From positions 186,001 through 250,000 of the forward strand of contig CAZXWN010000003.1 in NCBI GenBank assembly GCA_964644695.1: a DNA stretch of 64,000 nt, written 5' to 3'. The stretch is from an uncultured bacterium. Lineage in GTDB: Bacteria; UBP4; UBA4092. The position numbers and the translations under genes were made by a program. Position 1 is the stretch's first letter. Each line of letters opens with the position of its first letter. The notes beneath the pieces were generated by a model. It saw only the letters and a program-made list of their open reading frames with translations, did no database searches and had not been told where the DNA came from. This document shows, piece by piece, positions 17,863-26,574 of this stretch.

Positions 17863-19881
17863 ATGCCTGAAGTTCATGTATTACCAGAATTTATAGCCAA
17901 TCAAATTGCCGCCGGAGAAGTCGTCCAGCGGCCTTCCTCTGTTGTTAAAGAACTGGTAGAAAATTCCATCGATGCCGGTGCAACTCAAATTACTATTGAA
18001 ATCCGAGGTGCCGGGAAAACCAGTATCCGGATTTTAGATAACGGTTGCGGGATGACTCCCAATGATGCCCGGTTATCTTTTGAACGGCATGCCACATCTA
18101 AAATCACTTCTGCGGAAGATTTGTATTCCATCCGAACCCTTGGATTCCGTGGGGAAGCTCTTCCCAGTATTGCCTCTGTATCCCGGGTGGAATTGATTAC
18201 TCGAACGGCTGACGCTCTTTCTGGATTCCGATTGGAACTGGAAGGAGGAAGGATTGTCGGTGAATCTGAAACTGGAGCACCGGTAGGGACTTCTTTTACG
18301 GTTCAGCAACTGTTTTACAATACTCCCGCCAGACTGAAGTTTTTGAAATCGGATTCGACCGAATCGACCCACATCACAACCACGGTGACACATCTGGCAC
18401 TGGCTTACCCGAATATCTCGTTCCGGCTTATGAATGATGGACGGGAAGTCTTACATCTTCCGGCGGCAACTGACCCGCGAGAACGAATCATTGGTGTTTT
18501 GGGCCGGGAAATTGATCGGGATTTATTGACATTGACGGATGAAATCCCGGAGATGAAACTTCGAGGATATATCTGTCGTCCTGCCTATACCCGATTGAAC
18601 TGGTCTCATTGGATGGTGTTTGTGAATGGACGGTTCGTAATTCATCGTCCTCTCAATAATGCGGCTTTAGAAGGGTATCATGGGTTCCTGATGACAGGTC
18701 GTTATCCGGTCGGGGTGTTGTTTGTAGAGATAGACCCGGCACGGGTGGATGTGAATGTTCATCCTACTAAACTGGAAGTGAAATTCGTCAAAGAACGAGA
18801 TGTCCAACAAGCGGTGATCCTGGCTATTCAAAGGACTTTACGGCAACAGTCTGTGATTCCTGAATTCCAGAGCCGGATAGAATCTTATGACAATCTTTCG
18901 GGTGCTAATGCGTTCCCTTCTGATGAAACATTAAAGGACCCTCTCTTACAATCAGACCCCAGACCCATCCAGACCCCAGGATACAAGCCTGTTTCATCGG
19001 ACAACAGTTATCCCGGTTCTGTTGCAACTCCGAAGTTCCCGGATTACCGAAGAATGGATTTTTATAATCAGGTCCAAAAAACATTGTCTGACCGGTCCGT
19101 ATTAAAAGACTGGTATATGGCGTGTGAACCGGTCACCGGGGATTTATTGGCGACGGTTCAACCTGTCAGTGAAATCCCAAATGACCCTCCGGCTGGAATC
19201 AATCCGGAAAGCCGTCCGTTCCAACGGCCTTCATGTGCCGCTGAAGCTGGGGCTGAGGAAGGGTTGCCTGCCGAACCAGAATTATTCACCGACATGTTTC
19301 CAGAGTTGGAACCTTTGGCCCAGTTGGATGAGACTTACATTATCTGCCGGCAGGGGACTGACCTGATGATTGTGGACCAGCATGCCGCCCATGAACGGAT
19401 TTTGTTTGAGCGATTATTACCCAAAATGGAGAGTCAGGCGCCTGCGATTCAACCTTTGTTGATTCCTGTCACCATAGACCTCACTCCACGAGAGACCTCT
19501 CTATTGGAGGAATATCAGGAAGATATTCGGGCGATGGGGATTGACATTGAACCTCTGACACGGAATACCTGGGCTGTCCGGGCAGTTCCGGAATTACTTG
19601 ATGGAATCAATGTTCAGGAAATCATTCGGGATTTACTGGATTCTTTTACATCTTATGCGGACCGGCTGGCTACCGACCAATTGCGCTACCAAATCGCCTC
19701 TGTCATGTCCTGTCGTGCCGCAATCAAGGCCGGTGATTCCCAGACCCAACAGGAATGGCAATCCCTGATCAATCGTCTTCGGGATTGTTCTAACCCTTAT
19801 ACCTGTCCTCATGGTCGTCCTACTGTCATCCGACTGAGTAAAACGGAGTTGGAAAAGAAATTCAAACGAACGGGTGCTTGA
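17863..19881 (+). CDS. mutL: DNA mismatch repair endonuclease MutL
   Basis: NQIAAGEVVQRP, KELVENSIDAG, HATSK, GFRGEAL, VDVNVHPTK, DQHAAHER, SCRAAIK and CPHGRP. Confidence 0.98.
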   Translation: MPEVHVLPEFIANQIAAGEVVQRPSSVVKELVENSIDAGATQITIEIRGAGKTSIRILDNGCGMTPNDARLSFERHATSKITSAEDLYSIRTLGFRGEALPSIASVSRVELITRTADALSGFRLELEGGRIVGESETGAPVGTSFTVQQLFYNTPARLKFLKSDSTESTHITTTVTHLALAYPNISFRLMNDGREVLHLPAATDPRERIIGVLGREIDRDLLTLTDEIPEMKLRGYICRPAYTRLNWSHWMVFVNGRFVIHRPLNNAALEGYHGFLMTGRYPVGVLFVEIDPARVDVNVHPTKLEVKFVKERDVQQAVILAIQRTLRQQSVIPEFQSRIESYDNLSGANAFPSDETLKDPLLQSDPRPIQTPGYKPVSSDNSYPGSVATPKFPDYRRMDFYNQVQKTLSDRSVLKDWYMACEPVTGDLLATVQPVSEIPNDPPAGINPESRPFQRPSCAAEAGAEEGLPAEPELFTDMFPELEPLAQLDETYIICRQGTDLMIVDQHAAHERILFERLLPKMESQAPAIQPLLIPVTIDLTPRETSLLEEYQEDIRAMGIDIEPLTRNTWAVRAVPELLDGINVQEIIRDLLDSFTSYADRLATDQLRYQIASVMSCRAAIKAGDSQTQQEWQSLINRLRDCSNPYTCPHGRPTVIRLSKTELEKKFKRTGA

Positions 19882-19968
19882 TTTCCCTTCCCCTCTTAAG
19901 TTATCCCCTTTTCTCCTCTCATTTCTAATTATTGCCCCTGTCTTTCTCTCTCTTTTTTCCTTCGACTC

Positions 19969-20001
19969 ATCCACGGACCTGCTCGGACTCACTCCGTGGA
20001 T
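19969..20001. repeat. 33-bp REP-like palindrome, copy 2
   Basis: ATCCACGGA-CCTGCTCGGACTCAC-TCCGTGGAT. Confidence 0.8.
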
Positions 20002-20146
20002 TCTTCGTTCATCTGACGAAGCAGAAACGAAGAGGGTGGAAGTAGAAATTACAGTTTGAGGGAGAGATTGTTTTCTCTGTGGATGATAATCTTTTTGACA
20101 CAAAAGAAGTTGAAACAGAAATAGTCCCATAAATTTACTTGCGTTC

Positions 20147-20178
20147 AAAGGAGCGGGGAGAAATCTCAGCTCCTTTTT
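20147..20178 (+). terminator. probable terminator
   Basis: AAAGGAGC...GCTCCTTT plus T-tract. Confidence 0.55.
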
Positions 20179-20255
20179 TATGGTGTTGGAAAGGGTTTTT
20201 ATATCTCATTAATAGGGTGGGAGATACCCGTTTTGTTGGGGTTGAATAAATAGAG

Positions 20256-20284
20256 TTGACAAATATATATTAGAATTGTAAATT
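20256..20284 (+). promoter_or_regulatory. sigma70-type promoter of the five-gene secreted-protein operon
   Basis: TTGACA-N17-TAAAAT. Confidence 0.65.
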
Positions 20285-20317
20285 AGGGGACAATATCATA
20301 AAAGGGAGGCCTGGATA

Positions 20318-20920
20318 TTGTCTTGGATCATAAAGTTCATCACATTCATTTTCTGTGTGTTGTTAGTCGCTTCTTCCTGGTGTCTGGATGTCTCATCATC
20401 CTATCGTTATGACTTAACTTCACAGCTGCCATCAAAAGGAACCTTTTCTGCGGGAACGGCAGGATGTTATACGGTATGTTCCGCCGGCGGGTCTATCCTC
20501 AGTCGTCCGGGTAGTGTCCAGCTCACTGTGTCCAGTACCGGAGGGTACAGTGAAATCAATCTGCTACATGGGCAACCTATTGACCTGGCTCCCGTTAATT
20601 TCCCCGTAGATTTGGTGGGTGTTCTGATTCGATACGAAGCCTCAAACCCAGTCTGTCCCGGTGGAGAATTTGAAGTCTTTGTGTCGGGTGATACCTCTGC
20701 CTTCCGAATACCTGTCCGGTCCTCTCTGGTCTTTGGTTCAGAACAGTCATACCTTCAGTCCTCCGATACAACGGGTTCTATTTCCTTTGTCTTAAATGTC
20801 ATTCCCCAGGATTATACTCTTCTGAATGAACTGGTACTCCGGTACACCACTCCGGGAGGAGTGGAAAGTTATATCAACTTGAAACAAGTCCTTCTTTGGG
20901 TGGAAAGGCGGCACCTATGA
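20318..20920 (+). CDS. secreted hypothetical protein, beta-rich (paralogue family A)
   Basis: GGGAGG SD, TTG start, signal peptide; C-terminal LVLRYTTPGG...INLKQVLL. Confidence 0.75.
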   Translation: MSWIIKFITFIFCVLLVASSWCLDVSSSYRYDLTSQLPSKGTFSAGTAGCYTVCSAGGSILSRPGSVQLTVSSTGGYSEINLLHGQPIDLAPVNFPVDLVGVLIRYEASNPVCPGGEFEVFVSGDTSAFRIPVRSSLVFGSEQSYLQSSDTTGSISFVLNVIPQDYTLLNELVLRYTTPGGVESYINLKQVLLWVERRHL

Positions 20921-21672
20921 CCTGGAGAATCATCATACTATTTACCCTGGTTCTGTTACTGTCCGTGATGTCGGGTGTAGAAGCTGTAACTTATACGACC
21001 CAGGACTACACCTTCTGTTTATTTAATCCCAATTTCAATGATTTAACAGGTTGGGAATCTTACTGTACTCCCGGACAAACTAGTGCATCTATTACCACGG
21101 TGAATGGAGTAACGGGTGTTTATCTGAAAGCCGAATCCAACGCGACGACGTCTGCTGTGATTCAGATCTGCCCCTCGAACTTAACGACCTATAATTCCGG
21201 AGGTTCGATGATAACGAATTATTACTATTCCGGAACAACTGTATTATTCCAACCGATTACTTTTATCAATGATTCCGACAATTCAATAGGCCCTTACCAG
21301 TATGTAACGGATGGTTTGATGATTAAAATCCGTCTTCGGGGACTCACTCAAAATACCTATGGTTTGTACAGTTCAGGATTGATTCCCGGCACCTTCTCTG
21401 TCCTGATGGAAAACAGCCTCAGCCATAGCCCCGGTGCGAGTGCTACTCCACCCACTTTATACAATGTCGGACAATTGATGGATTATACTCAATCTGGGGT
21501 TTCCATGCCGGACTGGAATATCCTGACCTTTACGCTGCTACCCGAAAATCCTTGTGACTGGTGGCAGATTCGTAACCTGCGACTCTCTTATACTCCTGCC
21601 GGTGTGGATTATGTCTCAGGGGTTATGGTCGATAAGATTGAACTGTACGGAATTTCAGTGGATGCGGAATAG
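20917..21672 (+). CDS. secreted hypothetical protein, beta-rich (paralogue family A)
   Basis: ATGA overlap with previous gene; signal peptide ending VEA; C-terminal WNILTF..P..W..IRNLRLSYTP...VDKIELYG. Confidence 0.8.
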   Translation: MTWRIIILFTLVLLLSVMSGVEAVTYTTQDYTFCLFNPNFNDLTGWESYCTPGQTSASITTVNGVTGVYLKAESNATTSAVIQICPSNLTTYNSGGSMITNYYYSGTTVLFQPITFINDSDNSIGPYQYVTDGLMIKIRLRGLTQNTYGLYSSGLIPGTFSVLMENSLSHSPGASATPPTLYNVGQLMDYTQSGVSMPDWNILTFTLLPENPCDWWQIRNLRLSYTPAGVDYVSGVMVDKIELYGISVDAE

Positions 21673-21684
21673 GAGCCTGAAGCC

Positions 21685-22512
21685 ATGAGATATATTCGAT
21701 GGATACTTCTTTCAATACTGATTTTGTGTGCCCAGTGTGTTTTTTCATGGACCGTAACAACAACAGACTTTAGTTATTTGTTGCCGCATAACGGACAGAT
21801 GATTCGTACTTCCAGTGATGTGACCGTCTGGGCCACACAGGATGGTTTCTTTCGAGGAGATTCTTCTGCGTATTTTGATGATGTGGGGCAATATCTGGTC
21901 CTGAAATGTTTTGCTACGGATAGTGGATTTATCTATAGTCCTCCCATGGTGGGAGTGGGACCTAACCTTCAAAACATTCCTCTGGATATGTCCACCAGCA
22001 AACGGATGGACTTTCTGGTTCAGGTCACCTTCAGGGGAGGTACCTATTGCGGCGGAACCATCTTTGGACAGTTCCAACCCTCTATTAATTCTGCTTACCT
22101 GGGACCTTACGGTTTGCGGACTCCCATGGTCAGTCCCGGATATCTGGAAGCGGTTACTTTGAAGTGTATCGAAGACAGGGGATTCAATGTTTATAAATAT
22201 GATACTGACACTGCTTATCCTGGAGGGATTAACCGGTACAGTTATGAACGAGCCTTCACGTATGGCACTTTTGCTGTCTCAACGGAATGGATTACCTTTA
22301 ACTGGAGATTTTGTCCAACTCAGGAAAACTATTACAAGTTAGGATATGTGGGATTGACCTATGTTCCTAATCCTCCCCCGTTTGATTACTTCAATAATGA
22401 ATACTATATAAATGATACGACCCGGTGTAACTCAATTCCTCTGCCTTTTACAACAGAAGTTCAAGTCAAAGAAATCAAACTGTATGGACTGAGTTATGAC
22501 TATGGCCACTAA
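21685..22512 (+). CDS. secreted hypothetical protein, beta-rich (paralogue family A)
   Basis: AGGAG SD, signal peptide; C-terminal WITFNWRFCP...LTYVP...VKEIKLYG. Confidence 0.8.
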   Translation: MRYIRWILLSILILCAQCVFSWTVTTTDFSYLLPHNGQMIRTSSDVTVWATQDGFFRGDSSAYFDDVGQYLVLKCFATDSGFIYSPPMVGVGPNLQNIPLDMSTSKRMDFLVQVTFRGGTYCGGTIFGQFQPSINSAYLGPYGLRTPMVSPGYLEAVTLKCIEDRGFNVYKYDTDTAYPGGINRYSYERAFTYGTFAVSTEWITFNWRFCPTQENYYKLGYVGLTYVPNPPPFDYFNNEYYINDTTRCNSIPLPFTTEVQVKEIKLYGLSYDYGH

Positions 22513-22522
22513 GGAGACTCCC

Positions 22523-23557
22523 ATGAAGAAGATGACTATTCTTATATTTCTTATCCTTTTGTGCCTGTATCAGTGGTCCGTCGCTGGTCCGGGTGGATGG
22601 CGCACTGTTCCTGATCGGGGAAGTATGAACTCCCTGGGGTATCCGATACTATCTACTCCGAAAGCCATGTTTATGCCAACGGATTTTGGGATTGCCCGGG
22701 CTGTTATTACACCAGATAAGGAAATCGTCTGGAGACGTTATGCCAAAACAGATGTCTGGCCCAACATGGCTGTCTGTGCCTCTGATCAGTATATTTATTT
22801 TTCGGGTGGACATCAGACTCTCCAGAAAGAGTATCAAATTATAGATACGATCAAGGTCTTTACCTTGAAGGATAAACTTCGGGGGCGGTTGGTGAAAACC
22901 GGGCAGATGAAAACGCCGCGGGAATTTCATGAGACCCTGGTTATTAAGGATAAACTTTATGTTTTCGGTGGCATAGGTAAGTGGAATACGTATTATTCAT
23001 CCGTAGAATTTACCTCCAGTGATCCTCAATCAACGACTTTTGGAGTATGGGATTCTGCGCCCTCGTTTAAGAAAATCATGGGGCCAGTGGTTGCGGTATC
23101 CAGAGAAAAAAACAAAGTGATTTGTCTGGGTGTGAGGCTGGACCGGAGTACAGGTGAAAGATTAGTTTATCTGGAATCATCAGATATTCATTCCGATGGG
23201 ACACTGGGTGAATGGTCTGTACTGGGCGGGCCCTATGATATTGATTTCCCCGTGGGTGCCGTATTCCGTCCGGATAGGACATTGTTTGTGGTGGGTGAAT
23301 ACAAAGATAACATGAACAAGTGTTACATCATGGATTTAAAGAAACGGAACAAGGGTGCTCCTGCGTTTGTACCTGTTGCACCGCTTGACCCGGGTGTCAG
23401 TGTGTTCCGAGGCGATGACTTGGGGGTTGGGTGTTGGGACCGATTTGTCTGCTTCGTCACAGATGCCTGTTATATTTATGACCCCAATCAGAAAAACTTG
23501 AAAGTCTTTAGAAGTTTGAAGAATCCTTATTTGGTACCCATGGGTGATAAAAAATGA
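22523..23557 (+). CDS. secreted Kelch-like beta-propeller protein
   Basis: Signal peptide; YIYFSGG and MKTPREFH..LVIKDKLYVFGG Kelch-like repeats. Confidence 0.7.
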   Translation: MKKMTILIFLILLCLYQWSVAGPGGWRTVPDRGSMNSLGYPILSTPKAMFMPTDFGIARAVITPDKEIVWRRYAKTDVWPNMAVCASDQYIYFSGGHQTLQKEYQIIDTIKVFTLKDKLRGRLVKTGQMKTPREFHETLVIKDKLYVFGGIGKWNTYYSSVEFTSSDPQSTTFGVWDSAPSFKKIMGPVVAVSREKNKVICLGVRLDRSTGERLVYLESSDIHSDGTLGEWSVLGGPYDIDFPVGAVFRPDRTLFVVGEYKDNMNKCYIMDLKKRNKGAPAFVPVAPLDPGVSVFRGDDLGVGCWDRFVCFVTDACYIYDPNQKNLKVFRSLKNPYLVPMGDKK

Positions 23558-24333
23558 AGCTCATAAATCGCATCTTGATTTTGGCCGGGACACTTCTGCT
23601 GACCGGAGTTGGATTTTGTCTGTCAGTTGAGGATGATGAGTTTTCAGCGACGACCAGTAATAACTTTGGTTTTATGAAAGGGGATGGATTGTGTTTCATT
23701 CTTCCCAATGATGGCCTGTTCAGCTCATTAACAGACGCATCCAAAGGGATTTTCTGGAGTAGCGCCGGGTGTTCGGGAAGCGGGACTGTTGAAGTCACTT
23801 CTACCGGATGGGTGAATTTGAAATGTACCGGACCCGGAACGGCCTCTATTGAGCTGTCTGAACCTGTGATTCTCTCCCTGATGACGACTTTCCCCAGGAA
23901 GTCATATGCCTGGGATCAACTGGCACCCGTAATGCATTACAGGGGAGTCCCTGATGTTGGATATGACAGCAAGGTGGCAGGGTTATTCCAACTGGAATTG
24001 TTTGATGCTGCTGGCAGGGAGTCTCATCCTCTGGTGGGCCTGGACTTTTCGGCGAGTGCTCTCGGGGGCTATTATCCAAAGATTGGATTAGACCGGTTTG
24101 GTCAAACCACCTCAGGCAGGGTTTGGGCCTCTATTGCCTGGCAATTTACTCCGCCTCATGCCAGCTGGAATAAAATATCTAAAATCCGTATCAGTTATAC
24201 AGTTCCTGCGGGAGTCGCTGCTGATTTGAAAAGCGGTATTCAGGTGGGACAGCTTTACCTGTGTTCCATGTGGTGCCGAAATGAGAACTGGTATCCACCC
24301 GCTGACGCGGCCAAACTGTTACAGGATAATTGA
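23554..24333 (+). CDS. secreted hypothetical protein, beta-rich (paralogue family A)
   Basis: ATGA overlap; signal peptide; C-terminal WASIAWQFTP..W.KISKIRISYTVP...IQVGQLYL. Confidence 0.8.
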   Translation: MKLINRILILAGTLLLTGVGFCLSVEDDEFSATTSNNFGFMKGDGLCFILPNDGLFSSLTDASKGIFWSSAGCSGSGTVEVTSTGWVNLKCTGPGTASIELSEPVILSLMTTFPRKSYAWDQLAPVMHYRGVPDVGYDSKVAGLFQLELFDAAGRESHPLVGLDFSASALGGYYPKIGLDRFGQTTSGRVWASIAWQFTPPHASWNKISKIRISYTVPAGVAADLKSGIQVGQLYLCSMWCRNENWYPPADAAKLLQDN

Positions 24334-24543
24334 GCTGAGTATCCAGTATCCATGAGGACTGGAGATGATTGTTTGGGGTAACCTCAAGCCTTTGAATTTA
24401 CTGTGGCTTAAAAAAATCCTTTAGGAAACAGGGCTTTCAATGGGATAATATTAAAAAGAAGAGGTATGAAGGGATTTTGACTACCCCCTCCGCAAAATGG
24501 TCGTCTGCCTGAATACCCATCCATTCCTGGAGGTACCCCCAGC

Positions 24544-25851
24544 ATGAGTGAGACAAACCAGAAAGCAAAACTAATCATCGAGGGACAGGAATATGAATTT
24601 CCTATCGTTATTGGTACGGAAGGTGAGAAGGGGATTGATATCACCAGCCTGCGATCCCAGACGGGCTTTATTACCCTGGACCCCGGATATGCCAATACTG
24701 GAAGTTGTAATTCCAGTATCACCTTTATTGATGGTGAAAAGGGAATTCTTCGTTACCGGGGAATTCCAGTAGAACAGTTTGCTGATGTTCCCCATCCAAA
24801 CTTTGTAGAAGTGGCCTATTTGTTAATATTTGGTCATTTGCCTTCCAAACAGCAGTTAAAAGATTATTCAGAACGCCTCACAGAAAATGCGACCCTGAAA
24901 GAGGATATGAAACACCATTATCAGGGGTTCCCGATCGGTGCTCCTCCAATGGCAATTCTGTCAGCCATGATCAACACTCTGGCCTGTTTCCATTCCACTT
25001 ATTTACAGCTGGGTGATGAGGGTCTGTTTGAAGAGGCTTCTGCGCGCCTGATATCCAAAATTAGAACGATTGCTTCCTATTCCTACCGGTCCAGCAAAGG
25101 ATTGCCGTTCATCTATCCCAATCCAAAACTCCGGTATGCTGCCAATTTCCTCCACATGATGTTCTCGATGCCTTATGATGAGTATCGGGTGGATCCAGAT
25201 ATTGAGGATGCGTTAAACCTGTTTTTAATTCTGCATGCTGACCATGAACAAAACTGTTCCACATCGACTGTCAGGATGGTCGGTTCATCCCGCGCTAATC
25301 TTTATACCAGCTGTGCTGCGGGTGTGTGCGCCCTCTGGGGCCCGCTGCATGGGGGGGCTAATGTGGCTGTGATGGAAATGCTGGATAATATCCGGACGGG
25401 AAATGTAACTCCGGAAGAATATCTGAAGCTGGCCAAAGATAAAAATTCCAGTGTCCGGCTGATGGGTTTTGGACATCGGATTTATAAGAATTTCGATCCT
25501 CGTGCAAATATCCTGAAGCGTGCCTGCGACAAGGTTCTGGATAAAATGGGACGACATGACCCCTTGTTGGATATTGCGCGGAAACTGGAAGAAGTTGCGT
25601 TATCGGATCCTTATTTTGTGGAACGGAAATTGTATCCGAATGTGGACTTCTATTCTGGAATACTCCTGAGAGCCATCGGGATCCCGACGAATATGTTTAC
25701 GGTTATGTTTGCGATTGGCCGTCTGCCGGGGTGGATTGCCCAATGGAAAGAAATGCATGATGAAACCAACAACAAAATTGCCCGGCCGCGGCAAATTTAC
25801 ACAGGTCTGAACAAAACGGATTATGTGGCCATGAAAAACAGACCGGAATAA
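24544..25851 (+). CDS. gltA: citrate synthase (hexameric type II-like)
   Basis: DPGYANTGSC, ILHADHEQN, LWGPLHGGAN, RLMGFGHR and YPNVDFYSG. Confidence 0.97.
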   Translation: MSETNQKAKLIIEGQEYEFPIVIGTEGEKGIDITSLRSQTGFITLDPGYANTGSCNSSITFIDGEKGILRYRGIPVEQFADVPHPNFVEVAYLLIFGHLPSKQQLKDYSERLTENATLKEDMKHHYQGFPIGAPPMAILSAMINTLACFHSTYLQLGDEGLFEEASARLISKIRTIASYSYRSSKGLPFIYPNPKLRYAANFLHMMFSMPYDEYRVDPDIEDALNLFLILHADHEQNCSTSTVRMVGSSRANLYTSCAAGVCALWGPLHGGANVAVMEMLDNIRTGNVTPEEYLKLAKDKNSSVRLMGFGHRIYKNFDPRANILKRACDKVLDKMGRHDPLLDIARKLEEVALSDPYFVERKLYPNVDFYSGILLRAIGIPTNMFTVMFAIGRLPGWIAQWKEMHDETNNKIARPRQIYTGLNKTDYVAMKNRPE

Positions 25852-25871
25852 CTCTGATAAATTGTACTATT

Positions 25872-25906
25872 AAACCGGTTCACACTTGTCTGTGAACCGG
25901 TTTTTT
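25872..25906 (+). terminator. intrinsic terminator
   Basis: AAACCGGTTCACA / TGTGAACCGGTTT plus T-tract. Confidence 0.85.
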
Positions 25907-25990
25907 CATGATAATGAAGAAAGTTTGGTGTTAAGGCGAGAGACTGATACACTACTTATAAATGAATATGATTTCGGGTGAATTTATACA

Positions 25991-26455
25991 ATGAAACAAG
26001 TCACAATTTATACTGACGGTGCCTGCCGAGGGAACGGAAAAGAATCTTCCATTGGTGCTTATGGGATCGTTATGATGTTCAATAATCGTAAGAAGGAAGT
26101 GAAGAAAGCGTTTCCCAATACCACCAATAATATTATGGAAATGAGCGCTGTTATTGTTGCCCTGTCCTTATTGAAGGAACCCTGTGCTGTGAAGTTGTAT
26201 AGTGATTCGGCTTATGTTGTCAATGCCATCAACCAAAGATGGATTGCAAACTGGCAGCGAAATGGATGGAAAAATGCCAGTAAAGAACCGGTCAAAAATA
26301 AAGAGCTGTGGCTTCAACTGGTGGAACTCCTGAAAATCCATCAAGTTGAGTTTATCAAGGTCAAAGGTCACTCCGATAATGAGTACAATAACCGCTGTGA
26401 TGAACTGGCGAACCTCGCCATGGATGAATATCTGCAAACCAATCCAGGCCAGTAA
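25991..26455 (+). CDS. rnhA: ribonuclease HI
   Basis: [32 protein letters not shown] and NNRCDELA. Confidence 0.96.
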   Translation: MKQVTIYTDGACRGNGKESSIGAYGIVMMFNNRKKEVKKAFPNTTNNIMEMSAVIVALSLLKEPCAVKLYSDSAYVVNAINQRWIANWQRNGWKNASKEPVKNKELWLQLVELLKIHQVEFIKVKGHSDNEYNNRCDELANLAMDEYLQTNPGQ

Positions 26456-26574
26456 TTCCCTCCTTCCCTCCATTCTTTGAATTAGTAAGATAAAGTTGAC
26501 TATTCAAAGTGATTGGACTATCCTGTCAGCATAGCCCGATGCTATGGACTCTAATTAATTTCGAGGGAAAATCA

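Noticed and set aside
19874-20059. 61-aa ORF after mutL, and 45238..45441
   Set aside because: Run through low-complexity pyrimidine tracts and the palindromic repeat; no SD; more likely non-coding
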